From contig NW_027191481.1 of the NCBI RefSeq assembly GCF_011745625.1, positions 62,001 through 126,000 of the forward strand: a stretch of DNA of 64,000 nt, read 5' to 3'. The notes below the pieces were generated by a model, which was given only the letters and a program-made list of their open reading frames with translations, ran no database searches and was not told the origin of the DNA. This DNA is from Cladosporium halotolerans. Lineage: Eukaryota. This document shows, one piece after another, positions 50,464-61,684 of the stretch. Position numbers and translations under genes: made by a program. Positions within the stretch are counted from its first letter, which is position 1; each line of letters starts with the position of its first letter.

Positions 50464-53058
50464 ATGCGTCTCTACACCCCCAACGGCCTGCTGTACCCCG
50501 TCAAGGTCACGCGCCTGTTGCGCCAGCCCGGCGACGAGATCGAGGAGAACGCGCCGCTGTTCGACTACGAGTACAAGTCCAAGGTCCTCGAGGGACACAT
50601 CAACTCCAAGGGGCATTTGGAGGACAAGCTCGTCGAGCGGACATGGCCGGCTACCTTCGAGTCGGAGCTTGAAGGTTCGCTGACCTCGCTGAATTTGACC
50701 GTCGGCCAAGTGCTGACCGGCAAGACTTTGATCGCGGACATCGAGGAGACCTGCAAACATGAGGTGCAATTCGGAGGCCTGTGCGCCAACTGCGGAAAGG
50801 ACATGAAAGAGGTAAAGAGCTACAACTCTACTGTCAAAGGAACGGACCGCGCTACAATCAACACTGTACACGACAGGCATGGAATGCACACCGTCCTGGT
50901 TAGCCAGGATGAGACTGTTCGCGCGGACGAGGAGGCCAAGCGCCGGTTACTGGATCAGCGCAAGCTCACCTTGGTCGTCGATCTGGACCAGACTGTCATT
51001 CAATGTTGCGTTGAAGAGACGGTTGGAGAGTGGAAGAGCGATCCGTCAAATCCAAACTTCGAGGCGCTCAAGAACGTCGCGTCCTTCCGCCTGCCGCACG
51101 ACAGCAAAACATACTACCTCAAGTTCCGGCCTGGCCTTACAGACTTTCTAGAGGAGATGTCGAAGTACTACGAGATGCATGTCTACACTATGGCGTCACG
51201 CGATTACGCTCAAATCGTCACCAACCTTATCGACCCTGGACGCAAGATCTTCGGCACACGCGTATTGTCAAGAGATGAGAACGGGCCCGAGATGAGGAAG
51301 GCCCTGAAGCGTTTATTCCCCGTGGACACAAGCATGGTTGTTATCATCGACGATCGCGGAGATGTCTGGCAGTGGAGTCCCAACCTCATTAAGGTGAACG
51401 CATACGACTTCTTCGTTGGTGTCGGCGATATCAATAGCAGTTTTCTGCCGAAGCGACAGGAGTTGGAGGCCAAACCGAAGCAGCCTACGCAGTTCGAGTT
51501 GGAGAAGGCACCTGATGGCGTCCAGGCCGACGCACCACCAGCCGACGGCCAGGAGCCTCAGGGTGCGGATAAAGCTGCCAGAAAACCTTCCGCGCCATTG
51601 ACACCGCCCCTCACTCCACCTGCAGCAAATGGCGAGGTATCGGCTGTCGACCTAATGGTTTCCATGGCTGGAGGTCAGGATGACAACTCCATGGAGGAGA
51701 AGAAGCACGAGCACGATGAGACGTTAGCATCACAGCTCGCGGACAGGCCGCTGCTTAAGAAGCAGAAGATCCTTGATGCTGCGGACGAAGAGGCCAAGGA
51801 AGGCAAGGATTCACCTGCTGTGGAAGAAGCAACTGAAATTCTCAGAGAAGAGGGAGAGAAGAAGGAAGCGACACCCCACGATCATCCCAAGTACCGACAC
51901 AACCTTCTCCAAGACGACGACACGGAGCTCACACATCTCGGTAATAACCTCAGGAGTGTCCACGACGCTTTCTTTGCGGATTTCGAGAAGGGCGTGTCCG
52001 CGGGTGACATTGGTCGCGTTGCCGAGCTTCGCCCTGGCAAGAGCAAGAAGCAGACCGTGCAAGATCTTCAGAATCTCCCCGATGCGGCCGTCATCATGCA
52101 GGCCATCAAGTCACGTGTCTTGGGCGGAGTACACTTGGTCTTTTCGGGCGTTGTGCCTCTAGGCGTCAATGTCCACACTCACGACACCGTCATTTGGGCG
52201 AAGACTTTCGGCGCTACAGTAACAGAGAACATCACCAAGAAGACCACCCACGTCATCGCCAGTCCTGAGAGGAGAACGGCGAAGGTCCGCCAAGCTGCTA
52301 AGAAGGGCGGCAGGATCGCAATCGTCAGCTCTGGATGGTTGTTCGCGTGCTTTTCGCAATGGGAAAAGGTCGACGAGAACCCCTTCAGAATACACTCTGA
52401 TGCGCCTCTAAATGGTGCTGCGGGTCTACCGGGCTTCGAGGACAAGGAAGCTGGCACTTTGTCGTCTTCAGACGAAGAGGCTGCTCTCACCGAGACAGAA
52501 GCCGAGAATGAAACCGACGGCGAAGCAGTCAACGGATCACAGCCAACACTTGAAATCGACACCGATGTCGAGGAAGAGCTGGCAAAGTACGCGCCACACG
52601 ACGGACGTGCCGACTCGAGCCCAACCGAGGAGCAGCAGTCAGAAGACTGGGATGCACTACAGGCTGAGCTGAACGAGTTCCTTGGCAGCGAAGCCGAGGA
52701 CAGTGACGCTCCTGACGAGAGCGATAACGAATCCAGCGCTCTATCTTCGAATAACTCGACGCCAGGCAACCATAAGCGCAAACGCGACGCAGAGGCCGAC
52801 GAGGCTCCTACGACAAACTCAGAAGGAAGCAGATTGCAGAAGAGGAAGAAGGAGGCAATGAGCAGGACGACAAGCCTGAACAACATGTCTTCAGCCGGCA
52901 ACCTCGACGGCGCAGTCGCAGTAGACGAGCCCGCGGCAGCCGATGACCTCGGCGGTATAGACGAGGAGGACGGCGACGACGTCGACCTAGAGGCCGCGCT
53001 CGCTGCTGAGCTGGAAAAGGACGACGACGACGGAGGCGAGGCGGAGGGCGAGTCTTGA
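50464..53058 (+). CDS. FCP1: RNA polymerase II CTD phosphatase, 864 aa, apparently intronless
   Basis: 'CKHEVQFGGLCANCG', catalytic 'LVVDLDQT', 'MVVIIDDRGDVW', BRCT domain ('LVFSGVVP..TTHVIA..RTAKV'), acidic tail. Confidence 0.95.
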   Translation: MRLYTPNGLLYPVKVTRLLRQPGDEIEENAPLFDYEYKSKVLEGHINSKGHLEDKLVERTWPATFESELEGSLTSLNLTVGQVLTGKTLIADIEETCKHEVQFGGLCANCGKDMKEVKSYNSTVKGTDRATINTVHDRHGMHTVLVSQDETVRADEEAKRRLLDQRKLTLVVDLDQTVIQCCVEETVGEWKSDPSNPNFEALKNVASFRLPHDSKTYYLKFRPGLTDFLEEMSKYYEMHVYTMASRDYAQIVTNLIDPGRKIFGTRVLSRDENGPEMRKALKRLFPVDTSMVVIIDDRGDVWQWSPNLIKVNAYDFFVGVGDINSSFLPKRQELEAKPKQPTQFELEKAPDGVQADAPPADGQEPQGADKAARKPSAPLTPPLTPPAANGEVSAVDLMVSMAGGQDDNSMEEKKHEHDETLASQLADRPLLKKQKILDAADEEAKEGKDSPAVEEATEILREEGEKKEATPHDHPKYRHNLLQDDDTELTHLGNNLRSVHDAFFADFEKGVSAGDIGRVAELRPGKSKKQTVQDLQNLPDAAVIMQAIKSRVLGGVHLVFSGVVPLGVNVHTHDTVIWAKTFGATVTENITKKTTHVIASPERRTAKVRQAAKKGGRIAIVSSGWLFACFSQWEKVDENPFRIHSDAPLNGAAGLPGFEDKEAGTLSSSDEEAALTETEAENETDGEAVNGSQPTLEIDTDVEEELAKYAPHDGRADSSPTEEQQSEDWDALQAELNEFLGSEAEDSDAPDESDNESSALSSNNSTPGNHKRKRDAEADEAPTTNSEGSRLQKRKKEAMSRTTSLNNMSSAGNLDGAVAVDEPAAADDLGGIDEEDGDDVDLEAALAAELEKDDDDGGEAEGES

Positions 53059-53505
53059 TTTTCTTTTTGGAGATCCACACGCATTTTGGCGCATCGGATC
53101 TTTTCAGCGAGCGAAGCGAGGTGGGAGGTTCTAGGTTATTTGTTTTTCTTGACGGCGTTCAATAGGCGGCGTCCAACAGACTTGCGGCCGGATCTTGAGA
53201 TCCCGACTCTGACAGGCGTTGCTTACAGTTGTATCAGACAGCATTCTCCTCTACATTTTCCGCATACTGCTCTTCTCTCACTTTGATTCAACGAACGTTC
53301 ATTCAAGATGCCTAGGCAGGAATCCTGCAGATCATGTCCCGCATCCGTGGCGGCTGTGGAGGACCTCGGCTCGTGTGAGCAGCTCTTCTCGACCCACATT
53401 TCTTTACTGACCTACAGTCCAGTACATTCAGGTATCGATGGTTTCTTTTGGGGGTAGGATTAAAAAAAACAATAGATTTACGCTGCCGAAACTTAATTCG
53501 ACACA

Positions 53506-55299
53506 ATGGGAGAAAATGATCGAAAAGACGAATCGCTCTCGCCTAGAGACGACACAGCAAAAGCAACGAACCGCGTTGCCCAACTCTCAAACCACCTCAA
53601 ACAATCAAACGAACAAGAACAGCAAGAACCCCAACCAACCAACCCCCGCCGCAGACGTCGTCAGAAATCCACCTCCACCGACCTCCCCGCCGACTGGAGC
53701 GACATCCGCTCCCAACTCTCCACCCTCCGCCACCTAGCCTCCACCCCCGACCCCACCCGCCAGGGCTACATCCGCCAAAAACAGGCCGGCAAGCTCTGGG
53801 TCCGCGAGCGCGTCGACCAGCTCCTCGACCCCGGCAGCTTCCGCGAAATCGGCAGCGCCGCGGGCTCCGTCGAGTGGAAGCAGCTCGACGCGCTCCGCGA
53901 GGAGCCCGCGGCCTTCACGCCCAGCAACAACGTCCAAGGCTTCGGGCGGCTCCGCGGCAGGGAAGTCGTCTTCACGGCCGACGACTTCAGCCTGCGCGCC
54001 GGCCACGCCGACGGCGCCATCTGGGCCAAGACGACGTACCTCGAGAAGCTGGCCGTCGCGCTCAAGCTGCCGATGATCAAGCTCGTCGACGGCTCGTCGG
54101 GCGGAGGCAGCGTCAGCACGATCCGCTCGACGGGCTTCTCCTACGTGCCGCCGTTCAAGGGCATGGACGCCATCATGGCGCAGCTGAACGGTGGGATCCC
54201 GAACCTGGGCGCCGTGCTGGGGCCCGCGATCGGGCTGGGAGCGGCGCGCGTCGTCAGCTGCCATTTCTCCGTCATGGCGGCGGACGTCGGGTCGCTGTTT
54301 AACGCTGGGCCGCGGGTTGTTGCGGGCGCGACGTTCGAGGAGGGGCTGAGTTTTGGCGAGTTGGGCGGTCCCGGGGTGCATTGTGCGAACGGCACGATTG
54401 ATAACATGGCGGCGGATGAGGCGGGGGCGTTCGAGCAGTTGAGGACGGTGTTGGGGTTTTTGCCGAATTGTGGGACGAGGGTGCCGCCTACGGTTGCAGC
54501 GGAGGATCCCGTGGAGAGGAGATGTGAGAGCTTGAGGTCGATTATTCCGCGCAGGAGAGAGAGGATGTACGATTCGCGGCGGCTGGTTGCGACGGTGGTT
54601 GATGAGGGATCGTTCTTTGAAATCGGTGCCCTTTGGGGACGGACGGCGATTGTTGGTCTGGGTCGTCTCGGAGGCAAGCCAGTTGGAATCATTGCTAACA
54701 ACGCTGAAGTGTTGTCTGGCGCACTCGATGCCGCGGGTTCGCAGAAGATCCTGCGGCATCTGAAGTTCTGCGACGTCTTCAACCTGCCCATCGTACAATT
54801 CGTCGATGTGCCGGGTTACGCGATTGGAACGGTTGCCGAGCGACAGGCGACGATGCGGTGGGGAGTCGAGCTGACGAAAGCCTACTACACGACGACAGTG
54901 CCTATCTTTTCCGTCATCGTGCGGAAAGCCTACGGCGTGGCGGGTAGTCTGATGCTTGACGCGCGCGACCCTCACATGCGCGTTGGCTGGCCGTCGGGAG
55001 AGTGGGGTTCGCTGCCATTGGATGGTGGTATTGATGTCGGACATGCTGCGGAGCTGAAGAAGATCGAGAAGGAGCAGGGTTTGGAGGCGAGGAAGGCGAG
55101 GTACAAGGAGCTTGATGAGGAATACCGGCGGCTGATGAACCCAGTCAGAACGGCCAATCACTTCGACATTGAGGAAATCATTGACCCAGCTGATACGAGA
55201 GCTCTCGTGGAGAGATGGACGCGGCACATGTATGAGAACGATTTGCCGGAGAGGGTCTCGTTGAGGCTGGTAGGGAAGCTGCAGCCTACTTATGCCTGA
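53506..55299 (+). CDS. Acyl-CoA carboxylase carboxyltransferase (beta) subunit-like, with N-terminal PTS2-like nonapeptide
   Basis: 'GKLWVRERVDQLLDPGSFREIG', 'DDFSLRAG', 'GELGGPGVH', 'FVDVPGY', 'RKAYG', 'EIIDPADTR'; RVAQLSNHL at aa 23-31. Confidence 0.9.
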   Translation: MGENDRKDESLSPRDDTAKATNRVAQLSNHLKQSNEQEQQEPQPTNPRRRRRQKSTSTDLPADWSDIRSQLSTLRHLASTPDPTRQGYIRQKQAGKLWVRERVDQLLDPGSFREIGSAAGSVEWKQLDALREEPAAFTPSNNVQGFGRLRGREVVFTADDFSLRAGHADGAIWAKTTYLEKLAVALKLPMIKLVDGSSGGGSVSTIRSTGFSYVPPFKGMDAIMAQLNGGIPNLGAVLGPAIGLGAARVVSCHFSVMAADVGSLFNAGPRVVAGATFEEGLSFGELGGPGVHCANGTIDNMAADEAGAFEQLRTVLGFLPNCGTRVPPTVAAEDPVERRCESLRSIIPRRRERMYDSRRLVATVVDEGSFFEIGALWGRTAIVGLGRLGGKPVGIIANNAEVLSGALDAAGSQKILRHLKFCDVFNLPIVQFVDVPGYAIGTVAERQATMRWGVELTKAYYTTTVPIFSVIVRKAYGVAGSLMLDARDPHMRVGWPSGEWGSLPLDGGIDVGHAAELKKIEKEQGLEARKARYKELDEEYRRLMNPVRTANHFDIEEIIDPADTRALVERWTRHMYENDLPERVSLRLVGKLQPTYA

Positions 55300-55403
55300 T
55301 GGCTCGTGTTCATATATGGCAGATACAGACATGTTACCTGCTATCTGGTACACTTATCCTCGACACAGTGCAGTGTGCTCTAAGCTAGAGGTGTAGATTC
55401 CCA

Positions 55404-56784
55404 TCACTTCCTGCCGCGATAGAGTGCTCCCAGCCAGATGGGCCGTTTCTTTGTCTCAACTTCCGACGAAGCAACGCGGGTATTCCCAGCGGCAGCAATA
55501 ACGCCTTCACCCTTTGCCTCACCAGTTTCGACATCTGCCCTTGCAGTTTCCGTTTCCGCCCCTGCGTTTTCTTCCGGATGATTCCAAAAGTCATACTTCT
55601 CTTCCTTCCGACAGCAGCCGGCAAAGTCGAAAGGATCCATGAGTTGCCAGTACCACTTACGTGGATCTCGCCAGCCTGGCCCCTTCAGCTCCGTCACGCC
55701 GTCGGTCGAGAGGTAGATCTTGCTGTCTTGTGGAAGCAAGCGGCCAGGGTGCATGATGTTCAGCATGACTGAGTTGGACAGCATGAGGAGCACTTCAAAG
55801 ACGTAGAAGTAGGCCTCATTGGTGTTGCTGCAAATACTGTCAGTCTTTACTGAAATCCTTTGGGATCTGACCGCAGAGAAACTTACAGCTCGCCGGCCCA
55901 GCCTTGGAAGAGCTCGATGATTCTGTAGATGCACCGAATGGTGATCAACGCCGCACTGGCGTACATCGTCCAGACGACATTGCGAAGATTTTTGGTCAAC
56001 AAGTTGGCGCGCTTGACTCGTCTATGCCAAATTGCAAGAACGACGAAGTAGACAACAAAAGTGCATGCTTGCAAGATGAGCGCGATCTTGACAAGTATCT
56101 GCCCAGCCAAATGCTCGGCTGGACTAGCTGAGGTGTTGGCAGACTTCGACGCACCGTTGGCTACAAAAATTTCGATGAGAAAGTCTATCCCGATAAACAT
56201 CGTCAAGATTCGACCTGGGTGCAGAGGCGAGAGCCAAGGGATGTAGTAGAGTGTGCGGGCTAGGATGAAGTACGCTGCGCCGGAGTATATGGGTCTGAGT
56301 CCAGAGTTAGTTTCAGACATTTCAGAGATCAAAGTGGGATGAACGTACGGTCCGGAGTAGAGAAGTACAATACTCGCGATCAGGTAACCAAGGCTGTCAA
56401 TATAGAATGCTCCGACTTCGCGCATGGCCAGTCCTGCGACCATCAGGAGAGCGCCGAATGGAATGAGAATGGTTATCTTCCGTGACTTATAATGCCTACA
56501 AGTACTGTCAGTATATGTACGCTTCATCGAATAGTACTGATTGTACGCACTGCGTCTGCCAGGCATGTAGGATGCCTGACGCAAGATAGGCGGCTGCGAA
56601 TATCGGTGGAGCGATCTTGTTGGGTTGGTAAAACCAGACACTGCCAGGAACTGCAAGCCGTGATCAGTTGAGATCCTGGTGAGGTAAGGATTGATTAAGT
56701 CATACCATAAGATTCCCAGTTGTTTGCAATCCCCGCCGCAATCTCACCGTCGTATGAGGATGAACCTCCACCTCCTCTGCTCAT
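55404..56784 (-). CDS. RTA1-like lipid-translocating exporter family protein (introns 56651-56705, 56496-56550, 56295-56348, 55828-55886)
   Basis: Spliced 'WFYQPNKIAP', 'GPPIYSGAAYFILARTL', 'LITIRCIYRIIE', 'EAYFYVFE', 'HPGRLLP'; about 7 TM helices. Confidence 0.88.
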
Positions 56785-57498
56785 GGTGTATGCGGGCAAA
56801 TATGATACTTGTTCGTACGTTGTATAGCCTGTTTCCCAGTAGCAACATCGAGATAGAGGAAGAAATAGAGCACCCAAGACCGTGGAACACCCCTCAATAT
56901 ATACCTACAAAGCAGGGGCGGTACGGTAGCTTTCATACGGGCTCCGCGAGGTGAAAACCCCTGTCGCAGCACCCACACAACCAATGGTCTATTATCTTCT
57001 GGGAACGTATCTTGCGGCAGTGCAGCATATCGTCAGGAGACCGGAAAGCCATGTGCCTCGATTGTCGCCTAAAGAGGCAACAAAGGAGGATGCGGAACGA
57101 GACGCGCAACGAGCGCGCAACGACAAAGCGAAAGCGCAACGAGCCTCAGGCGAGCTTGCAGGAGCTGAATTACGGTGGCGCCCTGGTTGAGGGCAGATGA
57201 TCTTTAAACCTGCCGCGGCTGTTGCTTCGAGCGAGGCTAGTGTTGGGGTGGTATTCATCGCAGTGTTGGGGCCGTCGTTTTTGATGTCGTTTCGCGACTC
57301 GCGAGATGGACGAGGCACTTGCATCCAGTTGCCATTTCCCCAGCGCACAGCCATGCTGAACTCTTCATCATCCAATCCGTCGAAGATGGCCGTGATGCAC
57401 CAAGAATCCTGGTACGTTTCTGAACCTGCCCATGCGTTGCCAAAAGGAATGTCACTCTCATAGGAGGGGCTGTGTCCATATTGAGAGTGCAAAAGTGA

Positions 57499-57580
57499 AG
57501 GTCTTACCCGGAATCGAACCGGGGTTGCCGGAATGTGATACTATCAGAATCCGAAGTGCTAACCGCTACACTATAAAACC
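57499..57580 (-). tRNA. tRNA-Gln (anticodon CTG) with 10-nt intron (57534-57543)
   Basis: GGTTTTA/TAAGACC acceptor stem, A-box TAGTGTAGCGG, anticodon arm TCGGA-TTCTGA[intron]T-TCCGG, T-arm CCCGG-TTCGATT-CCGGG, downstream TTTT Pol III terminator. Confidence 0.95.
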
Positions 57581-57669
57581 AGAGGTTATAGGCTGCTTTG
57601 CTTGGAGGTAGAGCGCGTTGCATAAAATATATTTGTTTTGACAGTGGTGCACGTCCTAATATCTAACAT

Positions 57670-58146
57670 TTATCTGTTATCGAGAGCACAAAGAAACTCA
57701 AATATATGCCCGTCAAGATCCGCAAAGCTCCCACCGTACATTCCAGGCATCTCCATTGCAGTGGTCACGCCAGTCTCAGCACCTGCGGTCTTCGCTTGTT
57801 CGAGTCTAAAGAGAACATCAGCGGTGACTGGGGATTTTCGATGAAGGAAAACGAACATCTTGTCGACGGCATATTTGGTGGGCATCGAAACGCACAGGAT
57901 GACCTCTGAGTGCGTTTTGGTATCACCCAATTGACGCTTGTCACCCAGAAAGAACTTGAAGAAGCCGTGAGTCGCCAGCATAAGCGTGAGGGGCGTCTCG
58001 GTGACACTCGAGGAGAGAGTGACCATCGCGGCTTTGTCATTCGAGTACTCATGGTTTTGTTCGAAGCCGAGGGCTTTGTAGAATTCAAGGGAGGTGGATA
58101 ACGATGCAACAGGCAAGTTGATGTACAGCGTGTTATTTGGAGACAT
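57670..58146 (-). CDS. VOC / glyoxalase-bleomycin resistance family protein (probable intron 57806-57856)
   Basis: 'YINLPVASLSTSLEFYKALGF', 'EVILCVS', 'MYGGSFADLDGHIFE'; intron GTTCGT..CTGAT..TAG. Confidence 0.82.
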   Translation of the reverse strand: MSPNNTLYINLPVASLSTSLEFYKALGFEQNHEYSNDKAAMVTLSSSVTETPLTLMLATHGFFKFFLGDKRQLGDTKTHSEVILCVSMPTKYAVDKMFVFLHRKSPVTADVLFRLEQAKTAGAETGVTTAMEMPGMYGGSFADLDGHIFEFLCALDNR

Positions 58147-59052
58147 TGCGATGGTATATCACGTGGGCTATGCGTGCTTGGTGTGGAGGGAGGTGTTGTC
58201 GAAAGCAATTTGGTGTCCCGGCAGACTCATCTCTTATACTTGTCGTTGAGGACCGTTGTTCTGTCCTTTTGGCTACGTCCCTTCCGACGGTGTCTCGCTG
58301 AGGCTGCCTATCGCTGCCTAAAGGTAAGATGTTTTGAGTTATGCCAAGCACCATTCAAGAGGGGTGGTGGTGTGATATCGCATCATCCTCTCAAACAGAC
58401 ACCGCTCGTTAAGCTCAGACTAGCAACTGCATGGGATGAAGTCTTCACGTAGTCCGCGTGACTCGCCAGCGCCAATGGCCCTCCTGTGGTGGTACCTCTG
58501 GTTGGGAGCTTAGGAGGGTTCTCAGACTCGGATCGACGAGCCAGGCAGTAGCCACGCTTAAGAGTAGCTCGAGAATTTCGGAGTAGTAAGTATATTGGGT
58601 TTTCCGTAAGGTATGTCATTTGTGGCAATGCCGCTGCTACCTCTTGCGCATGCTATTGATGTCTGCTTTGACGCCATTCGGAATCGCAGTTTGCCGACGT
58701 TCGGATGTTTGTCAGCGTGCTTACAGTTCCATGGAACTCATCCATTCCGCACTTAGAATACATTACACATTGCCGTAAGTTTGCTAGATTTTGGCCCATC
58801 AACTTGCAATGGCTATATGTGCAGGCCTGCGGAAATGGGTAGTCCCATTGCCGCAAAAGACCGATCAAGCCTTACCCCAACCCTAACCCTTCTAACACTT
58901 AAACACAAAGCTCGGCTCCCCAACAGGACCCAAGTATTGCCCGATCACTTACTGACGACGGAATAATATGGAACACATCAAGTCCTCGTAATACTCATCA
59001 GTTGACATTTCTAAGATCTCGAGGAAACTGATAAAATACTCTGCAACCCAAA

Positions 59053-60140
59053 ATGTCAGCCAAATCTGATCATACCAACATGGATGACGTCCGCGACAAG
59101 ACCGGCGCGTTCAAACGTCCAGACGCAGCCTTTCGAAACTGGATCTCGTCCGAGACAGGCTCCCGGTTTCCTCCCGAAAAGGATCGCTACGTCCTTTATC
59201 TCAATCGTGGCTGCCCTTGGGCCCATCGAGCTAACCTTGTCCGCAGCCTGAAAGGGCTGGAAGATATCATCCAGCTTGTCACAATGAGCTTCAACCTCGG
59301 ACCGGAAGGCTGGACGTATGATGGCTCAGCTGGATCAGACCTCAAAGACCCACTGTACGGCTTCACAAAGCACAAACAGCTTTACATGAAGGCCAACCCG
59401 GACTACGCGGGCAGGTACACCGTTCCGGTGCTCTGGGATAAGAAGGAAGAGACGATTGTGTCGAACGAGTCGAGTGAGATCATTCGCATGTTCTACTCGG
59501 GGTTTGACTCCTTGCTACCGGAGGAGATGAGGGAAGCCAACAAGGCCGGTGGTGGTCTGCTTCCGGATGACCTGAAGGATCAGATCGAGGAGCAGAACTC
59601 TTGGGTGTACGAGCAGATTAACAATGGTGTCTACAAGTCCGGATTTGCCACCCAGCAAGGACCGTACGAGGAGAACGTCACGAAGCTGTTTGCCGCTCTT
59701 GACCGAATGGAGAATGTGCTAGCCGACTCCAAGGGGCCATTCATCTTTGGAGACCGCTTGACTGAAGCTGATATCAGACTGTCCGTAGACCCAGCAGTGG
59801 GGGATTAGTTCAAGATAGATTCACTAACATGGCAACAGTTACACGACCATTGTACGCTTCGACGTAGCGTACCATACGATGTTCAGATGCAATCTGAAGA
59901 TGATCCGGCAAGATTACCCGCACATTCAGAGGTGGCTACTCCAGCTGTACTACGATGACAGCGATGTGACCAGAGGTGCTTTCCGCAACACAACTTATAT
60001 CGACGCGGTGAGTCTCTTTCTCTTGGATATATTCGAGTTACGTAGCTGACTCAAAGAAGATCAAGCAAGGCTACGCAAATGCCACGAAACTGCCCATCGT
60101 CCCAGTCGGGCCGCTGCCTCACATGATGCCGAAGCCATGA
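59053..60140 (+). CDS. Glutathionyl-hydroquinone reductase / omega-like glutathione transferase (ECM4/YqjG-like) (introns 59781-59838, 60008-~60059)
   Basis: 'CPWAHR', '[11 protein letters not shown]', 'NESSEIIRM', 'INNGVYK', spliced '[22 protein letters not shown]'. Confidence 0.92.
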
Positions 60141-60178
60141 GTAATGCCTACAAAATAACGACTCTCAATGAACCTGTT

Positions 60179-61244
60179 TCACTCTGCTTTCTTGGCCTGT
60201 TCCTTGAGACCAGGTGCTGTAGTCCCCGAAGTCTCCAAGTCTGCTGCCCAAAGAGCAGCACCGCAAGTGTTGGTGAATGCGAAAAATATGCCAGCGATCG
60301 GGACCTGTGTCAAGGTCGTTAGTGTGAGCAAGGCGGCGACCGAGTGTATGAGGATGCTTACCATCTCAAGGAGAACAGCAGGAATTCCGAAGCTGCACAT
60401 GTGTCAGTGGAAGTCAATGATATGTCAAGTTTTTTTTCCTGACCTTGTGTATGCAGCCTTCCTTTCATCAACATGTCTCTCCTTCTGAGGGCCACTCATA
60501 CTCTTGAGCTGGAAGTAGCGCGAGTGTGCCTGCGGGCCAAACTTCTTGCCTTGCAGGACAACAAAAGCAACAGTTCCAACAACCTGCAAGGTAATCAGCA
60601 AGACTGATATCAGCTCAAAAATGGCGACGATTCTCTTACAGGAATGAGGTTCAGCGGCAGGTACATGAAGTACCTGATAATCGCCTTTGGGGTGAACTTG
60701 GCGAATGGCTTCCCAGCCAGCTTGCCGAGCCTTGCAATCACATCTCCAGCTCCGCCTCCCTTTACCTGGCGCTCCTTGGCGACAAGCGCAGGGTGACCAC
60801 GCTCGACCAAGGTGCCATCGAAAGTGTCGATCAGACTATCCTCGATGATAAGGGCTTTGCTCAGAACCATGGTGAGGGTGCTGGATTCACTGAGCACCAG
60901 TAGAGCAGCAGATATAGCGGCCAGAGGTCCTGAGGTGAAAGCCATGACTGCAGCCTGAGGGAGGTATGTGAAGACGAACATGAACGTCGTCACACCTAGG
61001 CCTAGGGTGATGGTGGGAGCCAGCTTCTGAACGAGTGGAGACCAGAGGCTGCGGTGGGAGACGTAGTAGAAGATACCCTACACAACATCAGTCTCCAGTC
61101 AATTCAAATCAAATTGTACACACGAGGCGTGTCAGTCCTTACCTTGATAGGGTACATGTACGCGCCGGACTTCAACCCATCATTGGCAAGCTTGCGGACG
61201 TTCTGAACCTCTTCCTTCGCGGTTTCCTTGACCTTGGCCGACAT
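60179..61244 (-). CDS. EI24-domain / RRT8-LDS-like membrane protein (introns 61078-61142, 60584-60639, 60393-60443, 60305-60361)
   Basis: Spliced 'SGAYMYPIKGIFY', 'MFVFTYLPQ', 'LVLSES', 'DTFDGTL', 'LPLNLIPVVG', 'AHSRYFQLK', 'TNTCGAALWA'. Confidence 0.8.
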
Positions 61245-61684
61245 TGTGATGAATTTGTGGTAGTTCGTGAGCTGGAAGATGGGAATCGAGCAAGTCAAAG
61301 GTGGAAGTACAGGTACGGCACGTCTTGAGATTCCTCTTGTGCCGTGTTCTCGTGTCTCTACCTACGTCATCGTGAGGCTCAGGCGCTAGCGCTCAATTCG
61401 GCTGGTCCAGAGCTTCATGGCCTTTCACGTGAAAGAGATGTACCTCAATCTCAATCATGAGATTTACAGAGGAGACTATGGCCCAGTTATCTGATTCGTA
61501 GCACAGTCCGCGTCCATTTTCACACTGTTCATCCTAGGCTCGTGATGAATGGTTGCTGTAGACTCACATCAGCCCGGTGACCTCTTTCGGTCGACTTTCC
61601 CTTGACTCACACCCCACCATTGGTATAAATCTTCCCCGCCAACAATCTCGCGCTTGAATCATAGCGAAGTGCAACACAACCAAA

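Noticed and set aside
56951..57492. Overlapping short ORFs between RTA1 and the tRNA (one containing CLDCR)
   Set aside because: No complete zinc-binding motif or consistent exon chain could be built.
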